A stretch of 32,000 bases of DNA from Synechocystis sp. PCC 6803 substr. PCC-P (GTDB lineage: Bacteria; Cyanobacteriota; Cyanobacteriia; Cyanobacteriales; Microcystaceae): contig NC_017039.1 of NCBI RefSeq assembly GCF_000284455.1, forward strand, positions 2,850,001-2,882,000, written 5' to 3'. Each line of letters begins with the position of its first letter. Positions within the stretch are counted from its first letter, which is position 1. The position numbers and the translations under genes were made by a program. Of the stretch, positions 8,929 through 17,552 are shown in pieces. A model generated the notes under the pieces. That model did no database searches. It had not been told where the DNA came from and was given only the letters and a program-made list of their open reading frames with translations.

Positions 8929-9666
8929 TTAAAGGGGATCCATCAAGTCAAATAAACGAATTTTTAAGGCTTCAATCTGGGACAGAGGAGCCACCCCAGT
9001 GGGGCAAGAATCACTACACATGCGGCAGTTGTTGCATCCCCACACCCCCTGTTTATCTTTGCCCAGGGCTTCGAGGCGGGCCTTAGTGGCCATATCCCGA
9101 TTATCTAAAATCAAACGGTTAGCTTTGGCTAGGGCATGGGGCCCGACAAAATTTTCGTTTTTCTTTTTGGCGTCGCAGTCGGAATAACAAACTCCACAAA
9201 GAACACAATTGCTCACATCGTTGAGGGCAGCCCGCTGCTCTGGGGATTGGGAAAATTCTGCTCCTTTTTCCCCTTGGTGCTTATTAATCAAATAGGGATA
9301 AACCGCATCTAACCCGGCAAAAAATTTCTCCATATCCACCACCAAGTCTTTAATAACGGGTAAATTCCCCAGGGGACTGATGGTGAAAACTCCGGTATTT
9401 TCCTGGTTACTTTCGGCTAACCACTGGCCCAAGCTTTTAATACTTTCTTTGCAGGCCAACACCGGGCGATCGTTCACCCTCACGGCGCAGCTACCACAGA
9501 TGGCATTACGGCAATTCTTGCGGAAGGCCAAGCTGCCATCCTGTTGCCATTTGATCTGATTTAAACAATTTAGGATGCTGGTTTGGGGATCAACATCCAA
9601 ATAATAATTCTGCCAATGGCGATCGCCATCAGTTAGTTGTCGTTGTATTTTGCAAACAATTTCCAT
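8929..9666 (-). CDS. sdhB: Succinate dehydrogenase/fumarate reductase iron-sulfur subunit
   Basis: Three Cys clusters are present: CRNAICGSCAV...C (2Fe-2S), CVLCGVCYSDC (4Fe-4S) and CNNCRMCSDSCP (9001-9036, minus). Confidence 0.9.
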   Translation of the reverse strand: MEIVCKIQRQLTDGDRHWQNYYLDVDPQTSILNCLNQIKWQQDGSLAFRKNCRNAICGSCAVRVNDRPVLACKESIKSLGQWLAESNQENTGVFTISPLGNLPVIKDLVVDMEKFFAGLDAVYPYLINKHQGEKGAEFSQSPEQRAALNDVSNCVLCGVCYSDCDAKKKNENFVGPHALAKANRLILDNRDMATKARLEALGKDKQGVWGCNNCRMCSDSCPTGVAPLSQIEALKIRLFDLMDPL

Positions 9667-9688
9667 GGTATGAGGAAATCAACAGGGC

Positions 9689-9719
9689 AAAAAAGGCTCG
9701 ACCTTCCTATTACGGAAGG
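9689..9719 (-). terminator. Hairpin plus T-run between cyabrB2 and sdhB (terminator or attenuator candidate)
   Basis: On the minus strand, a perfect 6-bp stem CCTTCC/GGAAGG (9702-9707 and 9714-9719) has a 6-nt loop. A 7-nt spacer follows, then TTTTTT (9689-9694). The spacer makes it atypical. Confidence 0.35.
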
Positions 9720-9832
9720 GCCGGGGGCAATAATTTTTATTCCTGGTCCCGGCAAAATTCCATAGATCAATGGGGAATTGTAGGAGGATGTCCCCCTTAA
9801 ATTTTATCCCCATTAGTCCCAGCAAATTAGCC

Positions 9833-10222
9833 TTACTCTTCTTCGTCGTCAGCCCCCACCTGTTTGAGGTGAATGTGTTTGCGACCGAGGGTAATTTCAA
9901 ATTCATCTCCCACGTTGAGGCTCATTTTTTTTGTGTAGGCGGCTCCAATGAGAAGATTGCCGTTGGATTGCACGCTAATGCGGTAACTAGCGGAGCGGCC
10001 ACCCCGACCTTGACCGGAAGCAGAACTGTCTAAATCAATGCCTTGGGCATCCATTAAGGCGTTGTAGAACTTCATCATATTGACCCGGGGCAGGCCTTTT
10101 TTTGTGGAAGTTACATAACCGCAGATTTTAGCTTTCTCTTCTTTGGGCAGATCGCCTAATTCTTTAACTTTCTCGAGCAATGCTTCGCCAGTTAGGGGCT
10201 TGGTTGCGTTTGATTTAGCCAT
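9833..10222 (-). CDS. cyabrB2: Cyanobacterial AbrB-like transcriptional regulator (cyAbrB clade)
   Basis: 129 aa. The C-terminal AbrB/SpoVT-like swapped-hairpin segment (GDEFEITLGRKHIHLKQV) and the N-terminal region (LTGEALLEKVKELGDLPKEEKAKICGY) are typical of cyAbrB proteins. It is recognised from memory as the Synechocystis cyAbrB2 ortholog. Confidence 0.85.
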   Translation of the reverse strand: MAKSNATKPLTGEALLEKVKELGDLPKEEKAKICGYVTSTKKGLPRVNMMKFYNALMDAQGIDLDSSASGQGRGGRSASYRISVQSNGNLLIGAAYTKKMSLNVGDEFEITLGRKHIHLKQVGADDEEE

Positions 10223-10415
10223 TCAAGTTTTCGGTGATTGAGATTGATCAGAATTGGTAAGCAAGGGAAGATTAGTCGAAGGAATGGTTGACTCTTTTGC
10301 TCCTTGCTACCCTGCTTATATTACACGTTTCTTGGAATAATTATCTAGTTTGTTCAAATAAATAGTTAATTTAATGGGATAGTTGATGGGCAAGGATGGC
10401 TTCTATACTAAAGGG

Positions 10416-10859
10416 ATGAAGTTGACAACAAAAAGCCATTACAGTGTTAAAGCCTTACTGGATTTAGCTCTACAACCGGACTACGGCCCTGCTTCGGTGA
10501 AGGCGATCGCCGAGCGACAGAATATCCCTGGGCCCTATCTGGAAAAACTGTTGATTACCCTGCGACGGGCGGGCATAGTTAATGCCTATCGGGGGGTGAG
10601 GGGAGGATATCAATTGGCCCAGGCCCCGGATCAAATTTCCCTGGGGCAAATATTAGCGGCCCTGGAAGAAAGCCTGGAACCATTTCCCCAATATGGGGAT
10701 GACCAAAGTTTGGCGGAGGATTGGGTTACCCTCAGTGTGTGGCGACAACTACACCAAAAATTTGTCAAAGCTCTCTATTCAATTACTTTGGCTGACCTTT
10801 ATTACGATGCCCGCAGTTGGCAGGCGGCCCAAGGGGAAGGGATTAATTTTATTGTTTGA
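10416..10859 (+). CDS. Rrf2-family transcriptional regulator, cysteine-free
   Basis: MKLTTKSHYSVKALLDLA...VKAIAERQNIPGPYLEKLLITLRRAGIVNAYRGVRGGYQLA is the Rrf2 winged-helix signature. The ORF track starts at 10383; the conserved family N-terminus begins at the ATG at 10416. The protein contains no Cys at all. Confidence 0.85.
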   Translation: MKLTTKSHYSVKALLDLALQPDYGPASVKAIAERQNIPGPYLEKLLITLRRAGIVNAYRGVRGGYQLAQAPDQISLGQILAALEESLEPFPQYGDDQSLAEDWVTLSVWRQLHQKFVKALYSITLADLYYDARSWQAAQGEGINFIV

Positions 10860-10865
10860 TTGATC

Positions 10866-10902
10866 GAAAAATAAAGGCGGGATATCAATCTTCAAACCGC
10901 TT
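10866..10902 (-). terminator. Weak terminator candidate downstream of cph2
   Basis: A 6-bp stem (10875-10880 pairing with 10897-10902, one G-U pair) has a long 16-nt loop. On the minus strand it is followed by TTATTTTTC. Confidence 0.3.
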
Positions 10903-10920
10903 AATTGTTAGGCGATCGGG

Positions 10921-13900
10921 CTAAACTTCCCCATCAACATGGGGCAACTGGGACCCTTCATAGGCCAGCCATTGGTTGCGACCTTTTGCTTTGGCTTCAT
11001 ACAGCGCCAAATCCGCCGCTTTGACCAGAGCGTTGGGATTGATATGGCGTTCGGGAGTATAAACGGCAATGCCAATGCTGAGGGTGACATGGCCCGTGCC
11101 GGATACCGTGTGGGGAATGGCCAAATTAGCCACTTCCACCTGGAGAGCTTCCGTTACATTGATTGCCCCTTCTAGGCTAGTTTCGGAAAGAATAATAGCA
11201 AATTCTTCTCCCCCGTAGCGAGCCACTAAATCCGTTGGTCTTTTGGCAACTTTGGCCATGGCATCGGCAATTTTTTTCAGACATCGATCGCCAGCAGGAT
11301 GACCATAATTGTCGTTAAAACCTTTGAAAAAATCCACGTCACAAAGCAGCAGAGCTAAGGGTTCCCTAATCCGTTGTAATCGTTGCCATTCCCGTTCCAG
11401 GGTGGAATCAAATAAGTAGCGGTTACCCACTTGGGTGAGGGCATCCAAGGAGGAAATTTGCTGTAACCGAATGTTGGCCGTTTCCAATTGTTCATACAGT
11501 TCCCCCTGGTGAATGGCGATCGCCACCTGGGTTGCCAACTCCATCAACAGTTGCAGATCCTCTTCTTGCCAATAACGGGGGGTTTTGCATTCATGGGCAA
11601 TGAGCAAACCCCAAAGATTTTCATTGAAAACCACCGGCACTACCAAATTAGCTTTGACCTGGTAATGGCGCAGTAACTCCTTGTGGCAGTCCGCCAAGTC
11701 AGCCTTTTCAATGTCAGATACAGCCCGCACCCTACCTTCTCGATACAGCCGCAGATAATGGCCCTTAAAACAGGGATCGTCAATTTCATCGTTAATAATT
11801 GATCGGCAAAAATCATTGTGGGATTCCGTCACCACCTGCCCCGACCACTGGGAATTAAATTTAAATAACACCACCCGGTCAGTATTTAGGAATTGCCTCA
11901 CTTCGGTGACGGTGGAGTACAAAATGTCGTTGATGTTGAGGGAAGCGCGAATTTTATTGGCAATTTTCAACACTAATTTTTCCTTGACATTGCGCTGTTG
12001 CAACCGTTCCTTGAGCAAAACGTAATCGTGCAGTTTTTCTGTCCAAGGATTTTCCCGATTGAGGGAATTGGGCAAGGGGCGATCGCCAACATTACCCTGG
12101 CCCGCCTCTGTTTCTGTTTCCGGCAGAGCAACCTTGGGCAGGGGCGGAGTGGGGCCAAAATCAAGAATCTGTGGATAGTAAAGATAGGTCATCATCGCTT
12201 CTGCTGGAAGGGGCCTAGTGAGGAAATAGCCCTGGCCCAGATGGCAACCCATTTTCTGCAAACGTTGCAGTTGGGCTTCCGATTCGATCCCTTCGGCCAC
12301 AGTTTCCAGATTTAAACCATTGGCCAAATCAATCACGTACTGAATAATGGCGGTGTCTGCCCCCTCATTGAGCAAATCATTCACAAAGGATTTATCAATT
12401 TTCAGGCGGTGAATGGGCAATTGCTTGAGAATGCTGAGGGAAGAATAGCCGGTGCCAAAGTCGTCGATCGCCACCTGTACCCCCTCTTCCCGCAGACGAT
12501 GGAGCAGCACCACTGTCCCTTTAATATCCTCCATCATCAAACTTTCGGTAATTTCGAGTTCCAAGTCCTCCGGCGGCATGCCTGTGCGTTTCAAACATTC
12601 CAGCACCGAATTAAGCCATTTTTCGTCCTGGAATTGACGGGCCGAGATATTTACTGCCATGCGTAGCCGACGCCCCGTTTCCCGGAAAAAATGTTGGTGG
12701 GTAGCACAGGCCGTTTCCAGCACCCATTGCCCTAAATGATTGATCAGCCCCAATTCCTCTGCTAGGGGAATAAACACATCGGGGGCCACCTGCCCCAGTC
12801 GGGGATGCTGCCAACGCACCAAGGCTTCTACCCCTAACAATTTACCCGTATCAAGGGCCACCTGGGGTTGGAAGTAGAGTACAAACTCTTGATTAGTCAA
12901 GGCCTGCCGCAGGTCTGACTCCAACGTCAGGCGATCGAGCATGGGGGCTGAATCCTGGGGGCGGTAAAACTGGTAAGTGTTTTTGCCCTGACATTTCGCC
13001 CTAGTGAGGGCAATTTCTGCAAACTTCAGCAAAGATTCCGCCGTTTCCCCATCGTAGGGAGCGGTGCTAATGCCCATACTGGCGGTGAGATAAATGGGTT
13101 GGCCCTGGAGGAAAAAGGGTTCTTGAAAGGTGCTCAACAGTCTTTCACACAGGGGAATCATTTCCTGGTTATCACTAATTTGGGTCAGCAAAATAGTGAA
13201 GCCATCCCCATGCCAACGGGACAGAAGGGGGCTATAGGCCGCTAGGGGGCTAAGTTTTTGATTGAGGCGATCGGCCACTTCCTGCAACAGACCATCCCCG
13301 GTTTTATGGCCAAAGCTTTCATTAATGCGTTTAAATCTATCCATGGCAATAACCAAAACCCCCACCATTTTCCCTTCATAGAGAGCATCCAACAGAGCTA
13401 GGGTGAGTTGACGATTAAAAATGATCCAATTGGGCAATTGGGTCAGGGGATCGTAGGCAGTTTGCTGGGTAATCAGTCTAGTCACAAACTGTTGGGTAAT
13501 GGCCATGTACAGTTGGGTGCTGGCCACTTGGGCTAATTTCCGTTCTGAGCGATTCCAGGTGGGCACCAATTTTTGGGTTTCTTCCCAAGCCTCGAAGGAA
13601 AGACGGGGCAGAATATTGCGGCGGTCAATGCCCCGTTTCCCGGCCCAGTGTTTTACCAAAGATTTCTCCTTCCGCAGCAGAATTAAGCTCCCCACCCATT
13701 GCTGATCCGCCGCCAGGGGCACAATCAGGAAAGATTGGAAATTTTCTGCGCTTAGGGATTCCGGCGGGGCAATCCAATCGGAGCGCTGTTCTAATTCCCC
13801 CAAAGTGTAACCATGGGGCACACAGTTAGTGGGAGGTAGCGGTGCCACACTGGTGAACGGTCGAGGTTTTTCCCAGGTGGACTGTACTGCGGCCATCGGC

Positions 13901-14751
13901 TCCATCGCTGCTGAAGGTTGGCCCCGCATTAGCTCCTGCCACAGGGACGTTTCCAGCCAATTGCCCCAGTCAAATCTGAGGTTCCATTGGTAATGCTGGG
14001 CAACAGAACCGGTTAAATCCGGGGCAATGTAGAGCACAGCTCCATCGGCTTCCACGGCTTGCCCCACTGTTTCCAATGCATACTGCCAGGTTTCCGGACG
14101 ATCGCCATACTGAGCCACCGTTGTTTCTAGCCTTTGTACCAGCGCTTCCTGTACCTGTTGCTGATGTACCTGCCGGCTTAACTGGGACTGGGTAATGGCC
14201 AGGGAAACTTCCTTGCTCAACAGGGCCATGGTTTCCCACTCCTGCTCGGTAAATCGCCGGGGTTTACTGTGGTGTACCGCCATAATGCCCCACAGTTGCT
14301 GATCCTGCATTACGGGCACCGTTAGGGAGGATAACACCCCCATGGCAAGGAGATATTGAATATGACAACTATCCACTGTTGTGTAATGGCCATTACTATG
14401 CTCCGTCGGACTAATGCGACCGGACAACTCGTGGGATTTTTTCCGACGGTGGGCCACATCCACGGCGATCATCTTCCTTTGGTTACCCAACTCTTCCCTG
14501 GCCTGGGGCGGAATGTCCTCCACCGGAAAATGTAGCCCCAACAAGGATGGCAAAGCAGCTCTGTTAACTGCCTCTGCCAACACTTCCCCGCTGCCATCGC
14601 TGGCAAATTTGTAAATTTTTACCCGGTCCACTCCTAAAAAGATACGAGCCTCTTCCACAATTACCTGGAGGGTTTCCCGTAAAGTCAAAGCCCGGTGGAA
14701 CTTATTGATGACGTTACGGAGAAAATCTTCTAAGGATCGATTAGGGTTCAT
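10921..14751 (-). CDS. cph2: Phytochrome-like photoreceptor Cph2: GAF-GAF-GGDEF(degenerate)-EAL-GAF(DXCF cyanobacteriochrome)-GGDEF
   Basis: 1276 aa. GAF1 carries the chromophore Cys-His in VDSCHIQY (Cys129, 14365-14367). The first GGDEF is degenerate, RWHGDGF (aa 514-518, 13198-13212). EALVRW lies at aa 642-644 (12820-12828), with [16 protein letters not shown] and EGIES. The DXCF Cys is in DDPCF (Cys994, 11770-11772) and the canonical Cys in ADCHK (Cys1022, 11686-11688). The C-terminal GGDEF is intact, RYGGEEF (aa 1180-1184, 11200-11214). Confidence 0.95.
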
Positions 14752-15199
14752 GTTTTGACTCGGCGGGGATTAAGCGGTGGGAAGGATCTCGTTGTAACGA
14801 CCAACAACCCAAGACCCGAAAGAACAAATTACTAGGAACAGCAAAATCGATCAAAATCCTGGCTTATCCCTTTGGCAACCATGGCTGCAAGGGCAAACCT
14901 TAAAATTTTGATGACTCTGACCGTCTATGTTTACCCTATCCTCTAAGCAATTAGACTTATGGGAAAGGAAGATAAAATTTAACCTATTGAATAAAGTAAA
15001 TGTAAAAAATTTACTCAGCTAAATTGTCTCTATATCTTAACAAAATTGAGGCCAGAACTAGGGTCATGGTATTTCCCCTCGGTTGGGAAAGTTGCACCTT
15101 GGTCGGCTAGCCCCCACAATAAAGCCAATTTGCGGGGCTTCATTTCCCCGGTCTTGGTTCCGATAGTTTATACACCCGTAACTTGAAATTACCTCTTCT

Positions 15200-15679
15200 G
15201 TGATCGCCATTTATCCCGGTAGTTTTGACCCCATCACCCTCGGCCATTTGGACATTATTGAGCGGGGTAGTGGTTTGTTTGAACAAATCATTGTCGCTGT
15301 GCTCTGTAATCCCAGCAAGCAACCCCTATTTTCGGTGGAAAAGCGGCTGGAACAGATCCGCCACTGTACCCAACATCTGACCAATGTGACCGTGGATAGC
15401 TTTAACGGACTGACGGTGGACTACGCTAAGCAAAAACAGGCAACGGTATTACTACGGGGTCTGCGAGTCCTGTCGGACTTTGAGAAGGAACTACAAATGG
15501 CCCACACTAACCAAACTCTTTGGGACGGAGTGGAAACCGTATTTTTGGCCACCGCCAAGGAATATAGCTTTTTAAGTAGTAGTATTGTCAAAGAAATTGC
15601 CAAGTTCGGTGGTAGTGTGGATCATCTTGTTCCCCCCTCAATCTTGGCCGATATTTGCTCTTCCTATCCATCCCCCTAG
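15200..15679 (+). CDS. coaD: Phosphopantetheine adenylyltransferase
   Basis: GTG start. The sequence [22 protein letters not shown] plus ISSSIVKEI is the PPAT signature. 159 aa. Confidence 0.95.
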   Translation: MIAIYPGSFDPITLGHLDIIERGSGLFEQIIVAVLCNPSKQPLFSVEKRLEQIRHCTQHLTNVTVDSFNGLTVDYAKQKQATVLLRGLRVLSDFEKELQMAHTNQTLWDGVETVFLATAKEYSFLSSSIVKEIAKFGGSVDHLVPPSILADICSSYPSP

Positions 15680-15744
15680 ATAAATTGCGTTAAAACTGTT
15701 TTAAATTTCGTTCTATTTGCCCCGTCAAGCGCCTAGATAACCCT

Positions 15745-16578
15745 ATGACCCGCCGAGAGAGTGCCAATCCTGAAGTAACTGAGAATAGCGCCGTTGTGCC
15801 CGGCCAGACGGTGGATTTTGATATTCAACAACAACTAGCTGAGCTGCAAGAATTACTCTATGACAGCTTCCACATTCCCCTAACAGCCTGGAGTGTGGTG
15901 GATGAGGAAAAAATCCTGGACCAAATTGATGTCATTGCTGAATTTATTCCAGGGGCGGTTCATCGGGCGATCGCCATTTTGGAAAGGGAACAGCAAATTT
16001 TGCAGGGGGCGGAGTTAGAAGCCCAACGGATGATTGAAGTGGCCCACCAGGAGGCCCAGCGCATTAAGGATGAATCGGGCATTATCCAAAAGGCCCAATA
16101 CGAAGCCGACCAATACAAAGCCCAAGTTCAACAGGATTGCGATGCCCTCCAGCGCCAGGTGCAACAGGAATGTGAAGCTTTGCAAAGGCAAACCCAACAG
16201 GAGTGCGACACCCTACGGCGACAGACCATGGGGGAACTAGAGCAAATCAAGCAAGTTACCCATCAGGAAATCCAACAGTTTCGTCAGCAAACTGTGCAGG
16301 AATGTGAAGCCCTACAAAAACAAACGGAACAGGAAGCCACCGAAATGCAGAGGGATGTGGATACCTATGCCGATCGCCTGTTGAGCCGCCTGGAAGGAGA
16401 ATTAGGGCAAATGATGCGCAGTGTGAGCCAAAGCCGCCAGATCCTCTACGAAAATTCCGCTGAACATAACGCCACCATCACCAACCGTCCCCCCGTGGCC
16501 ACCCCCAGCCCAGTGCTCCCGCCTTCCCCTGGCCCCAAACCCCCCAGAGGCGATCGCCCCCGCCGCCGTTCCCGTTAA
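15745..16578 (+). CDS. Gln/Glu-rich coiled-coil protein with a Pro-rich basic tail (DivIVA-like, possibly the Cdv3 family)
   Basis: 277 aa. The central part is long and heptad/hendecad-like (AELEAQRMIEVAHQEAQRIKDESGIIQKAQYEADQYKAQVQQ...). It contains tandem 11-aa Cys-containing repeats and ends in PPVATPSPVLPPSPGPKPPRGDRPRRRSR. The family assignment is from memory and weak. Confidence 0.8.
   Translation: MTRRESANPEVTENSAVVPGQTVDFDIQQQLAELQELLYDSFHIPLTAWSVVDEEKILDQIDVIAEFIPGAVHRAIAILEREQQILQGAELEAQRMIEVAHQEAQRIKDESGIIQKAQYEADQYKAQVQQDCDALQRQVQQECEALQRQTQQECDTLRRQTMGELEQIKQVTHQEIQQFRQQTVQECEALQKQTEQEATEMQRDVDTYADRLLSRLEGELGQMMRSVSQSRQILYENSAEHNATITNRPPVATPSPVLPPSPGPKPPRGDRPRRRSR
16129..16227 (+). 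repeat. Three tandem 33-nt (11-aa) in-frame repeats inside the coiled-coil CDS, with a fourth degenerate copy near 16295-16327
   Basis: The units are QQDCDALQRQV (16129-16161), QQECEALQRQT (16162-16194) and QQECDTLRRQT (16195-16227). After a 23-aa spacer comes QECEALQKQTE. Confidence 0.85.
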
Positions 16579-16594
16579 GCTGAAGTAAGTTATT

Positions 16595-17389
16595 GTGTCA
16601 TTGAATCTAGACAAAGATAATCGCGACCTATCGTCAAACCAGGGGCATTTAGGGGAATTTCGTCGGGGGTTAGAAAATTGGCCCCCAGGTTTGGTTTGGC
16701 AACCTGACGGGGAACAGATTGAGGCCATGGTCAAGCTCTACCAAGGAGTCCTGGTCGGTAATGCCCGCTTGAATTTGACCCGCATTACCGCTCCCCTGGA
16801 TTTCCTAGAAAAACACCTTTGGGATTCCCTGGCGGGGGTTTTATTGTCGGACCATAGCCGTAATTGCCCCCAAGCTCGGGTGATCGACATTGGCACTGGG
16901 GGAGGATTCCCTGGATTGCCAGTGGCCTTGGTGTGGCCCCAGTGGTCTGTGGCCCTGTTGGATTCCACCCATAAAAAAATTAACTATCTAGAGGAATTGG
17001 GGCACCGTTTGGGCTTAGCTAATTTGGCCTATCTGGTGGCCAGGGCGGAAGCTGTGGGGAACCAGCCCCAGCATCGCTCCCAGTATGATTTGGCTTTAAT
17101 TCGGGCCGTGGGAGAGGGGGTTGTCTGTGCGGAATATGCCCTACCTTTGGTGAAGGTGGGGGGCACGGTGGTGCTTTACCGGGGTCAATGGTCAGCGGCG
17201 GAAGCAGAACAATTGGAACGGGCCTGCGCTCTATTGGGGGGCAAAGTCAGTGCCACGGTGGCAGCCGTTACCCCCTGGAGTGGGGCCCAGCGACACTTTA
17301 TCTATCTAACCAAGGAAAAACCTACTCCCAGTGATTTTCCCCGGGCGATCGGAGTACCCCGTTCCCATCCCTTGGGGGTGGAGAATTAA
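16595..17389 (+). CDS. rsmG: 16S rRNA (guanine527-N7)-methyltransferase RsmG (GidB)
   Basis: [25 protein letters not shown], the SAM motif [16 protein letters not shown], and DLALIRAV. The GTG start lies 16 nt after the preceding stop, so it is probably co-transcribed with coaD and the coiled-coil gene. Confidence 0.9.
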
Positions 17390-17552
17390 CTTCGTTATCC
17401 CCGGAGATTTGTTGTCATAAATTGCTGACAGAAAATTTTTCTGAGGGAAAAGTGTCATTGAAGCTAAAATTTGCCGTATAAGATAATAAAGCATCCTACT
17501 CAGGCGGCCCGCTGCACCTTTTTTGGACTAGAGTTAACTTTTACTGCGTTCA

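Noticed and set aside
9679-10033. ORFs 9679-9906 (minus) and 9770-10033 (plus)
   Set aside because: They span the sdhB-cyabrB2 intergenic hairpin region or lie antisense to cyabrB2. No support.
11488-14614. Multiple 60 to 105-aa ORFs on both strands inside cph2 (for example 11998-12315, 13970-14239, 12409-12666)
   Set aside because: All overlap the continuous 1276-aa Cph2 frame, whose domain motifs are unambiguous.
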